Part shown: positions 32,436-41,626 of the stretch, one piece after another
Layout of the letters: the number at the start of each line of letters is the position of its first letter
Position numbering within the stretch: the first letter of the stretch is position 1
Assembly (NCBI GenBank): GCA_000004985.1
Contig: GG738905.1
Strand: one strand, 5' to 3'
Origin: Naegleria gruberi
Lineage: Eukaryota
Length of the DNA stretch: 64,000 nucleotides
Notes under the pieces: generated by a model
The model's database searches: none
Told to the model about the DNA's origin: nothing
What the model saw: only the letters and a program-made list of their open reading frames with translations
Translations under genes and position numbers: made by a program

Positions 32436-33662
32436 ATGATTGGTTACCACACGTATCATTACAATGCCAATGTGACGTTGAACTTTACAAAAAAAATGCA
32501 ACAACAAGAAATCTTTCAAATTTTACCCAATGAATTGATCGGAGAAATTATCTGTGGCCACATTCATCATGTTGAACTAATTTTTTCGCTAAGAAATGTC
32601 TGTCGCTACTGGAGAGGTATTTGTCATGAATTAATATGGGATCACTATCAAGAAACAATTTTAAATCTCAACAAGAGTTGTAAACAAGTTGAGGATTTGG
32701 ATGATTTTCTAGATTCTAAAGAGGGAAGAAAATTCACCAAATATTTACTCCGAAAACAAGTTTATGAACTTGCTTGCAAATTATCAATTATTGGGTCAGG
32801 AGATGGGGAAGGTAACAAGCAAATTATTGCCATGAAAGAAAAATGGGTTGATGAAGAATTGAGAATTTTAAAGGGTTACTTTGAAAGATATTCTGATTTA
32901 CAAGAATCTCCAAATATTGCAATTGTGAAACCTCAACAACAACCATCATCGAAGGGCTTTTTTGGAGGGGCCTTGTCGTTTATTGGATCCTTCTTTTCAA
33001 GTAATACTCAATCAAACTCCCAATCAAATTCTCAATCAAATGCTCAATCAAATTCCCAATCAATTACCAGTAATGTTGTCAATAGTGCAACTCCAACTCA
33101 GAATTTACCTCCACCAACCCATGATTATCTCACTAAAGTACTATTGGATGGAGATTCTGGAAGTGGAAAGACTTCACTGCTCAACTGTTCCATGAATGGT
33201 TTGGTTGTGGAACAAAATGGCGCGTACTATCCTTCTATTGGCGTTGACTTTGCAATCAAAATGTTTCACTTTGGAGACACAACAAGAGTTAAACTTCAAC
33301 TGTGGGATCAATGTGGTCCAGAACGTTACAGATCTATCTCCATGTCGTTTTATAGAGGCGCTGCTACTGTTTTACTATTGCTTGATCCTAACTCTTACAA
33401 AGAATATGCCATAAAATCACTAGAGGAGAGGTTGAAATCTATCAAGAAGCATGCACCAAAGGCAGAAATAATTTTCATCACAACAAAGAAAGACAAGAAT
33501 CATGAGAGATGTATGTCAAATGAACAAGCAGATCAGTTTGCATTTGACAATTTTGGTGGAATGCATTTAGATATAACCAACACCCAATTAGAAGAACCAA
33601 AGAGAATTATTTGTTATAGCGCCTTACTCAAATATTTACTTTCCTCTAATATTTCTCCTTAA
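32436..33662 (+). CDS. F-box domain protein fused to a divergent Rab/Ras-like small GTPase domain, 408 aa.
   Basis: N-terminal F-box (ILPNELIGEIICGHIHHVELIFSLRNVCRYWRGICHELIW). C-terminal G-domain motifs: G1 LLDGDSGSGKTSLL, switch I YYPSIGVDF, G3 LWDQCGPERYRS, G4 TTKKD, G5 YSALL. An internal (QSNS)n repeat lies between them. Confidence 0.65.
   Translation: MIGYHTYHYNANVTLNFTKKMQQQEIFQILPNELIGEIICGHIHHVELIFSLRNVCRYWRGICHELIWDHYQETILNLNKSCKQVEDLDDFLDSKEGRKFTKYLLRKQVYELACKLSIIGSGDGEGNKQIIAMKEKWVDEELRILKGYFERYSDLQESPNIAIVKPQQQPSSKGFFGGALSFIGSFFSSNTQSNSQSNSQSNAQSNSQSITSNVVNSATPTQNLPPPTHDYLTKVLLDGDSGSGKTSLLNCSMNGLVVEQNGAYYPSIGVDFAIKMFHFGDTTRVKLQLWDQCGPERYRSISMSFYRGAATVLLLLDPNSYKEYAIKSLEERLKSIKKHAPKAEIIFITTKKDKNHERCMSNEQADQFAFDNFGGMHLDITNTQLEEPKRIICYSALLKYLLSSNISP
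33001..33060. repeat. 12-bp microsatellite (caatcaaattcc-like, x5) encoding a (QSNS)n tract inside the F-box/GTPase gene.
   Basis: Direct reading of the sequence. Confidence 0.7.
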
Positions 33663-33934
33663 TTTGAGAGTTAATCTAAGATCTCTCAAATCCAAATTCT
33701 AATTTATTGGACTTTTTGATTTAATTGTAAAATATTTACAAGTGGAATACCAGTATCGTATCAAATGTTGAAGCTTAAAGTCGTTCAAGAACATTGTAAT
33801 CACTGTAAAACGCACCAACTGAACCATAAGGTTCATAAGTGACCTGATTTGGTCAAAAGGTTCATTGTGCGGAAATTCAAGACAAATATCACACCACAAA
33901 AAAAACCTTAATCAACAACATCTCCCCAAAAACC

Positions 33935-35259
33935 ATGGTCGAATCCGTTGCTCAACAATTAAGCACCCTCTCCATTTCAACAGGTCCTTTCCAATCCGAT
34001 GGCGAACACTACAAGTTACTTAAAAACTATGAACAAATTGATGCCCACGCAAAATCTATTCCATCCAGTGAAACATCTACCCTTACACAATTGGTAACCT
34101 ACCTCACTAAACCATTCTCTAGCATTGAGGAAAAGGCAAGATCCATCTTTGTCTGGATTTGTGAAAATGTTGTCTATGATGCTGAGAGTTTCCTCTCCAA
34201 TCAGCATGCTGTCTATGTTCCAAGTGAACACGACAAGTTCTTTAGTGAAGATGAAAAGAAGATGTACTGCCCAACTTCTCGTCTTACCTTCATTCAAAAG
34301 AAGGGTGTTTGCAGTGGTTACGCAAGACTCTTCAAGAATATGTGTATTCAATCAGGCATTCAAAAGGTATCATGTGTTGTTGGTTTTGCAAAGCTTGTTG
34401 GTTTCAATCCTTTGAATCCAGTAGATATTAAGGAATCAAACCATGAATGGAATGCTGTTGAACTTGAAGACGGATCTCTCAGATTGATTGATGCTTGTTG
34501 GGGAGCTGGTGTTTTGGGCGGATCATCATTCCAAAAGATTTTCACATCAAGATACTTCTTCATGAGCCCAAATGAAATGATTGCTTCCCACTATCCAGAA
34601 GATCCAAAATTGCAATTAATTTCACCACCTGTTAGTCCTGATGATTTCGTTAATAGAGTTCGTATCAGTACTCATGGATTTGCGGATGGAATTAGCACTA
34701 TCACTCATAATGAAGCTTGCATTGTATTGACAGAATCAAATATTGCTGACATTGTCATTCAATGCGATGAGAATGGATTCCAAGTGTTGCTGATTTGTCA
34801 ACTGGTGAAGAACTTAAAGCTGCCTCTGCTCGTGTTGATGGTCACAATATTATTATCAGTGTTTGTGTTCCACAACCTGGTGTTATTTACCAACTTTCCA
34901 TTTTTGCAGGTGTTAGAAAGTGTGAAGAAATGTTGACTTATTTCGTTAGAGTTGAAGGTGGAGCTAATATTGAGGAAGTTTCCTATCCATCTGAATACGG
35001 CTCTTGGAAGACCTATGCTGGTGAATTAATTTCACCAAAAACTGGTAAAATGAAAGTTGGCACAACCTATTCATTCAAGATTCAATTCCCAGCTGATAAA
35101 ATGGTTGCCATGGTAATGATACCACCAAGTGATCAACTTGTTTCTAAGGGAAATGGTTTGTTTGAAGGTGAATACACCCCAACAGCCCCAGGAAAAGTCA
35201 ATCTTGTTGGTGGTTCTGGATCTAGACTTGAAGGACTATTGGCTTTCGATGTTGTATAA
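33935..35259 (+). CDS. Transglutaminase-like (kyphoscoliosis-peptidase-like) cysteine-protease-fold protein. The reading frame shifts near 34790.
   Basis: Cys-His core ...KKGVCSGYARLFKNMCIQSGI...NHEWNAVELEDGSLRLIDACWGAG... The ORF continues in another frame (34795..35259) with a domain-like sequence, and no intron signals separate the two. This implies a +1/-1 frameshift, an unconventional short intron, or a sequencing error. Confidence 0.55.
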
Positions 35260-35546
35260 TGTAATTGTAATAAAACCAACTTTTACATTAACAATCATAT
35301 CACTAACTTTTCAAAGATCGTAAATCATGCAAGAACCAGTTCTTTGAGATTGAGAATATTGTATTGACAGAATCAAGTACGAAATTATGATAATAGTATT
35401 GGAAAGATGAGTTGATATTTGAATAGTAAATTGAAGTTTAGTTAGGGAAATCAGTTTTCTATCCAAGTTTGGAACCTTACATCCAACTTTTTTGAGCTTG
35501 TTCCAAATGAAAAACTATTCGAAATGGTTTAAATTAGCACCATGGA

Positions 35547-36545
35547 TTGAACTATTCCATCCAACAAAAACAAAAAATGAAAGCAAATCTAATCTTTTCA
35601 ATTGCACTTCTACTTTTACTTGCAGTCCTCTCAGTTCAAGCAAATGACAGCTATCAAGCCAAACCTCCAGTCGTCGTTGTTGACAAGTATCACAAGCCAA
35701 AGCATTGTAAGAGAAAATGCTTAAAGCATAAGTGGATTAAGAAGTGTTTAAAACACAAACTCGTTGGTCAAAAGAAAGTCTGTGATCAATATGCCATTGT
35801 CGGAGCTGGTAAATGTCTTAAACATAAGAAATATTCCAAATGTGACAAGTATAGCAAGCCAACAAAGAAGTGTGTCTTGCATGCATACAAGATTGTTGGT
35901 TGTGCCAAGAAGAAGTACTGGAAAGTTTGTGATTCTTATGGAACAAAGAAGATTTGCATCAAGAAGGGTTACAAGAAATACTGTGCCAAACATAAGATTA
36001 TTAACAAGTGTTTCAAGAAGGGTGTTAAGAAGGTCTGTAAGAAATTCAAGAAGGTTCCAATCAAGAAATGTGAAAAGAAGAAGGTTTGCGACAAGTACAC
36101 TGTTGATTCCTACAATAAGAAGGTTTCCAAATGTAGATATGTTAAAAAATGTAAGATTGTTTCATGGGCAAAGAAATGTGCCAAGTATAAGAAGGTTAAA
36201 TATTGTAAGGAAAGAAAATCAGTTAAGAAATGTTGTCTCATTAAGAAGAAATACTGTGCCAAACATAAGACTATCAAGTTCTGTAAGCACAAGAAGATTC
36301 TTTCTAAATGTGTCAAATATCAAAAGAAGAAATATTGTGCCAAGACAATTGTCATTCCTCCAAGATGTATCAAGAAGAAGTATTATAAGAAGTGTTTGAA
36401 ACGTTCAAAGGGAAAGAAGATTTGTAAGAAATTTAAATTAGTTGGTGGAAAGAAGAAGTGTTGCAAGTCAATCAAAAAGAAGATTTGTATCAAGAGAAAG
36501 ACATGTAAGAAGTCATCAAAGCCAATCATCAAACCATCTTTGTAA
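35547..36545 (+). CDS. Secreted, extremely Lys- and Cys-rich repetitive protein (about 320 aa after the signal peptide). The likely start is the ATG near 35577.
   Basis: Signal peptide MKANLIFSIALLLLLAVLSVQA. The mature region is roughly 35% Lys with Cys every 8-10 residues, in recurring units such as KKYCAKHK(I/T)I.KC(F/L)KK. Confidence 0.6.
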   Translation: MNYSIQQKQKMKANLIFSIALLLLLAVLSVQANDSYQAKPPVVVVDKYHKPKHCKRKCLKHKWIKKCLKHKLVGQKKVCDQYAIVGAGKCLKHKKYSKCDKYSKPTKKCVLHAYKIVGCAKKKYWKVCDSYGTKKICIKKGYKKYCAKHKIINKCFKKGVKKVCKKFKKVPIKKCEKKKVCDKYTVDSYNKKVSKCRYVKKCKIVSWAKKCAKYKKVKYCKERKSVKKCCLIKKKYCAKHKTIKFCKHKKILSKCVKYQKKKYCAKTIVIPPRCIKKKYYKKCLKRSKGKKICKKFKLVGGKKKCCKSIKKKICIKRKTCKKSSKPIIKPSL

Positions 36546-36750
36546 ATGATTATTTTCAAATGTTTCTAATACCTTAATAAAGCCAGAACCATTCTGCAAA
36601 CTCTTATTGCAAACAAATTTCAAGAAATGTTGGAAATCCTATAGAAGTGAGTTCATTTGGAACAAGCTTCAATTAAACAATTTAAAATCAATTGTATAAG
36701 ATTAAGGTACTATTTTCATTATTAAGGTACTATTTTTACTATGAATGAGA

Positions 36751-36822
36751 TCCCGTGTAGTCCAATGGCTAGGATACCTGGCTTTCACCCAGGAGGTCCG
36801 GGTTCAATTCCCGGCATGGGAG
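36751..36822 (+). tRNA. tRNA-Glu (anticodon UUC), second identical copy.
   Basis: Identical 72-nt sequence to 31604-31675. The identity extends over 13 bp of 5' flank (atgaatgagat). T-run (tctttttacc) downstream. Confidence 0.9.
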
Positions 36823-37784
36823 GGTCCTTTTGCATATCTTTTTACCAGGCAAGGAATGTAAAACAGTTAAATTTTGAAGTAAACTTCTTGATACAAGTAA
36901 TATTTTCAATGTACCAACCTTCTCATCTTTACTCTCAATGAGCCTAACACCAAGTCTTTCACTTGCCCAATTGAATGCAAGCCTCACACAAAGAAAACTT
37001 GCTTCTCCTCCATGAATGGCCTATCAAAAGTACATACTTATCCTTCAAAGCATGGAAAATTAATTATGGAGACGGGAGCTTGGACCTTCACGTGATACGT
37101 GATGGTGGTTGCTGCCACTAAAACAATTCAAAGGGAGCCTACTTTGATTTTTCACAGTATTTTAACACTTCTTTGATTGAATTGTAACAGTATGTAAATA
37201 AATTAAATTAATCCTAAAAACATAAAATTTTTATGATTTCTTATGAAATGTTAAATGTTAATAGTAAGAACCAGAGTGTGACCAGAAAATATAATATCTT
37301 AGTGGTTGTTATTGTCACATTTCAATTATTATTTTGGACGGGAAGCCTGCCAGGAATATGGCAACAATCCCGCTACAGTCTTTGACTGTATGAACAGTGA
37401 AGGCAACTAATCTATTGATTGTTGGTTCAGTAAGTTATTGTTTAGAAAAGCTTGCTACGTGACCATCTATTTATCACCTTTAAATTTGATCTAATTAGAA
37501 AGAAACTTGTGGTTGATCAATAAACGATAAAATTTCGAATTTGAGTCTTCAAATATTGAAATAGTGTTCAAGATTAAAAGACTCAGCACCACAGGTTCCC
37601 AAGTTGTCTCCAACCTCAGTACTGATGTGGCTCGACGATGCTTAACTTCTCAAATCGGACGGGATGAGGTGCACTAAATTTATTAATAGAAACATGTCAT
37701 TCCAAAATTGTAAAATGATTAGCAAATCTAGGTTTCGATATTTTGAGGAAGGGGAAGTCTATTGAAACTTTATAATCTTGCTTA

Positions 37785-38264
37785 TTACTTGTTGTAAATA
37801 TTTTGTAAACACTTAATTCCATACTCAAATATTCCTTCAATAGCTTGTTGCCATTTCTTTCCTTCACCATGAGGACATGTAAATTCTGCCTTCCATTCCA
37901 ATAATGTGTTATCGAGCTTATCTGTTCCATTTGTAGTGATTGACTTTACTGAAATAGTTGCAAAGTAATCATTATTATATCCCTCCCATGGGATACCATC
38001 AACTAGAGAGTAGGTGTATGAAGAATTACGTAAATCCATGGCAATTAATCTTTCACGTTGAACAATACCATTTTTCATGGTGAGCTTTCGAATACCTCCA
38101 ACAGTATTATCCGATTGATTATTGTCCATTTCACTGCTGGCAACAGTATCATACCAAGTTGGTAAACCATTGAAAGAACCAATCAGTGACCAAACGGTTG
38201 ATGCACTAACATTTGGAATAACTCCACTCACATACACGTTAACAGTTTCGAATGCTCTTGACAT
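37785..38264 (-). CDS. SRPBCC (Bet v1/START/polyketide-cyclase-like) superfamily small protein, 159 aa.
   Basis: Size and secondary-structure pattern fit a ligand-binding SRPBCC fold, with a conserved W/G-rich N-terminal strand region. The assignment is tentative. Confidence 0.4.
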   Translation of the reverse strand: MSRAFETVNVYVSGVIPNVSASTVWSLIGSFNGLPTWYDTVASSEMDNNQSDNTVGGIRKLTMKNGIVQRERLIAMDLRNSSYTYSLVDGIPWEGYNNDYFATISVKSITTNGTDKLDNTLLEWKAEFTCPHGEGKKWQQAIEGIFEYGIKCLQNIYNK

Positions 38265-38483
38265 TTTTTCTTATTCTAATCTGTTGAATGAATTTCCCCT
38301 TTTTTTAACGAATCGTGTAAGAATTTTTTGTGCGTACTCGCAAATTAAAAAAGCACTATTTTTAATAAGCATAATTTTTTAGCTTATCCACACACACGTA
38401 CTAATCATAAGTATGAAAAAGTTATTTATATTATTTAGGAAAGTGAACCGTCAAACAAAACAAACAAAAAAAAACAAAGCACA

Positions 38484-39449
38484 ATGTCAAGCGAAATCAC
38501 AACATCAAATAACAAGAGCAGTATTCTTATTACTGGAGCAACAGGAACAATTGGAAAGCATTTATTGAAGTCACTTTCTGAACAGAAATCATTTGGTCAA
38601 TCAGTGAAGGTTTTGGTGAGGAATATTGAAAAGGCAAAACAAGAACTTGCAAATTATGTAAATAATCTTGATGTAGAATATATTCAAGGTGACTTGAATC
38701 AATTCGAATTAATTCCATCGAGTATTTTTGAAAAGATTGAAAGGGTTTTCGTTTTAACAGTGAGCGAACCAAATCAACCAAAAGTGGAAGAACAATTAAT
38801 TAACAAGATTCTTGAATATTCAAAGGATGATTTGAAACAAGTGATAAGATTATCTGGATTGGGAGCTTCAACAACCATTGAATCGAATAGTTTATTCAGA
38901 TATCATGGCGATTCTGAAGTTGTAATTGGTAATTTACTTTCAAATAAGGCACCAAGCGTTTCCTACGTAATTTTAAGACCTAATCTATTCATGCAAAACT
39001 TCCTTAGAGATGACATTCATTCAATCAAAAACTCATCTCAATTCTTCAAACCAAGAAACGATCATGGAATTCCATATCACATTAGTCATGTTGATGTTAG
39101 AGATATTGCCGATATGGCAGCTCAAATTCTCATTGAAAATCCAAATATTCATGGAGGACAAGTTTACAATATAACTGGACCTCAATCTTTGAATTATGAT
39201 CAAGTAGCTGAGATTATTTCCAAAGTTATTGGCAGACAAATTACTTGGACTAAAATTGATGAAATTGAGTTGGCTAATCAATTAAGCCAATTACCAAAGT
39301 TTTTAGTTATTGGGCTGGTGAGATTATTCCAATTTTACAAATTGAATGGAACCTCTGCTAATGTACATGCAGATTTTGAGATTGTCACTGGAAAGAAACC
39401 AAGATCTTTGGAACAATTCATTCAAGAAAATAAACACCATTTTGAATAA
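38484..39449 (+). CDS. NmrA-like / atypical short-chain dehydrogenase NAD(P)-binding protein, 321 aa.
   Basis: N-terminal Rossmann motif ILITGATGTIGKHLLKSL. The length and motif spacing are typical of the NmrA/PCBER family. Confidence 0.75.
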   Translation: MSSEITTSNNKSSILITGATGTIGKHLLKSLSEQKSFGQSVKVLVRNIEKAKQELANYVNNLDVEYIQGDLNQFELIPSSIFEKIERVFVLTVSEPNQPKVEEQLINKILEYSKDDLKQVIRLSGLGASTTIESNSLFRYHGDSEVVIGNLLSNKAPSVSYVILRPNLFMQNFLRDDIHSIKNSSQFFKPRNDHGIPYHISHVDVRDIADMAAQILIENPNIHGGQVYNITGPQSLNYDQVAEIISKVIGRQITWTKIDEIELANQLSQLPKFLVIGLVRLFQFYKLNGTSANVHADFEIVTGKKPRSLEQFIQENKHHFE

Positions 39450-39510
39450 TGTTCAATCCACAATTAACAAACAACCTCCAAAAAATTGCTCTTATCCATG
39501 AACTAAAATT

Positions 39511-39583
39511 TGCCGACACCAGGGATCGAACCAGGGACCTTAAGATCTTCAGTCTTACGCTCTCCCAACTGAGCTATGTCGGC
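39511..39583 (-). tRNA. tRNA-Phe (anticodon GAA), 73 nt.
   Basis: The reverse complement reads GCCGACATAGCTCAGTTGGGAGAGCGTAAGACTGAAGATCTTAAGGTCCCTGGTTCGATCCCTGGTGTCGGCA. This is a canonical tRNA-Phe cloverleaf with a T-run downstream. Confidence 0.9.
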
Positions 39584-39833
39584 TTCTTGTTCTTGATGAA
39601 TGGCGTTAAGTTTTGTGGGAAATAACAATTCGATTTGAGGTAAATTTTTGGTTAAAAATATCCTGATATTTACCGCCAAAAAAAAATCCACTTTTACGAA
39701 GCAAAAAAAATGCCAGAAATTCGTTGATAATCCACTTGTTGGTGGAAAGCATATTCTTCTTTAAATAACTCACAGCGTTATTGATGGAATTTTCCAACAA
39801 CAAAAAACAACAATAATAACAATAATAACAGAA

Positions 39834-41402
39834 ATGTCAAGCAGTAGACCAACAAGAGAAAGAAGATTACCAATTCATTTGGAAGATTATATCGTTGGTG
39901 AATTAGATTTACGAAAGAATTATGAAAAGGAAGAAAAGAAGAAACAAAAATTATTATTAAAGAAGAAGGCTGAAATTTCAAAGAAGGAACAAGCTGAAAA
40001 GAGAAAGAAAGAAGCCATAGAAGCAACAAAGAAAAAGAAGGAAGCTGTTAAAAAATCTATTAGAAAAAAGCCATCTTCATCATATTATACTTCATCTTCA
40101 ACAACAATTTCTAAAAGATCTTCATCTGCAATTACACCATATACAGATTATACTAATCCAAAATTTAAAGTTTTTACATCAACATCTGAAGCTAGAAACA
40201 AATTAATTGAAAAAACACCTGGTAATAAGATTTTAAAAGGGTCAGATGATGCTTCTAAATGGTCAATGTCAAAATTAGATACATCTATCAGATACAAATC
40301 ACTTAATATTTCAGATATTTTAAGTGGATGTTATTATGTACCTGGTAATAATCACAAATTAGATACAACTGGTAGTGATAGAGTACCTGCAGTTCAAATT
40401 TGTTTTTCATTTGATACAACTGGTTCAATGTCTTCATATTTAAATAATTTGAAATTTAAATTACAAACAATATGTCAACAATTAATGAATGATGTTAGAG
40501 GTTTAGAAATTGCAATTATTGCACATGGTGATTATGAAGATTCTAAAGATAATGGTTCATATTGTTTATACAAATTAGATTTTACAACAGATATTGAACA
40601 AATTATTTCATTTGTTCAATCAATTAATTCAACAAGTGGTTATGATGGTGATGAATGTTATGAAGCTGTTTTATTAGAAGCTCAATCTTTATCTTGGGTT
40701 AATGTTGAAAATACATTTACAAATAGATCACTTGTTGTAATTGGTGATGCTGATCCTCACAAATCAACTGAATGGTTTAATATTGATTGGAAACAAGAAA
40801 CAAGTAATTTATTTGATAATCATCATGTTAAAATTCATAGTGTTAGATGTGGTTCATCTTCATGGTCAACAAAAGATTTTTACAAAACAATTTCAGAAGA
40901 AACAGGTGGATCTGAATATTTATTAGATACATTTGAAAAAACAATTGAAATGTTTTGTGGATTAATTTATAGAGAAGCTGCTGATAATATTATGATGAAT
41001 GATACAACAATGCAAGCACATATTGATGGAGCAGTTTCAGGTGAAGTTACAATTGTTAAACCAACAATGTCTTCAAGTGATAAGATGATTGATGATGGTG
41101 AAAAGAGTGATGATATTACATCATTAGGTTCATATATTGTTACAGATGATGATATTTTAAAGATTCACACTGCAATTCATAGTACTTGTACAGAAGTTAA
41201 AATTAATGGTATTGAATTTGCAATTCAAATGAATGAAAGTTCATGTAGATTTGTAAGAGTTGATGGAGTTGTCTATATTGAACAAAATAAGGAAAAGAAG
41301 ACTAAGTATGCCAAGATGGCTTTAGAAGGAAAGAAATTAACTTGGATTTGTCATGCTGGTAATTGGGGTCTTATCATTGATGATAAAATTGAAAAGAGAT
41401 AG
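39834..41402 (+). CDS. von Willebrand factor A (vWA) domain protein with a K/E-rich N-terminus, 522 aa.
   Basis: MIDAS-like motif ...ICFSFDTTGSMSSYL... and downstream ...GDADPH... The N-terminus is a charged KKEEK repeat region. An S-rich linker follows. Confidence 0.55.
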   Translation: MSSSRPTRERRLPIHLEDYIVGELDLRKNYEKEEKKKQKLLLKKKAEISKKEQAEKRKKEAIEATKKKKEAVKKSIRKKPSSSYYTSSSTTISKRSSSAITPYTDYTNPKFKVFTSTSEARNKLIEKTPGNKILKGSDDASKWSMSKLDTSIRYKSLNISDILSGCYYVPGNNHKLDTTGSDRVPAVQICFSFDTTGSMSSYLNNLKFKLQTICQQLMNDVRGLEIAIIAHGDYEDSKDNGSYCLYKLDFTTDIEQIISFVQSINSTSGYDGDECYEAVLLEAQSLSWVNVENTFTNRSLVVIGDADPHKSTEWFNIDWKQETSNLFDNHHVKIHSVRCGSSSWSTKDFYKTISEETGGSEYLLDTFEKTIEMFCGLIYREAADNIMMNDTTMQAHIDGAVSGEVTIVKPTMSSSDKMIDDGEKSDDITSLGSYIVTDDDILKIHTAIHSTCTEVKINGIEFAIQMNESSCRFVRVDGVVYIEQNKEKKTKYAKMALEGKKLTWICHAGNWGLIIDDKIEKR

Positions 41403-41626
41403 GAAACCAATCCTTAAAAACCATAGTCGAGTGTAAATAAAACTAATCAAAAATTTATTGAAATTGTTCCAGATAAATTTATTAGAATTCTAGAAATAAT
41501 AAGTATTGTATCAACTGATTGTCAATGGAAAGAGGTATGAATAAACAATAAATCCCAACATATTGCTTATTGAACAGAAAGAGATAAGGAACAATAGATC
41601 TTTGAAAGTTGCGAATTTGATAGAAT

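Noticed and set aside
35764-36399. Alternative-frame 211-aa Arg/Ser-rich ORF overlapping the Lys/Cys-rich gene
   Set aside because: It is the same strand and an overlapping frame of an A/G-rich repeat. The frame with the signal peptide and regular Cys spacing is far more gene-like. Only one can be real.
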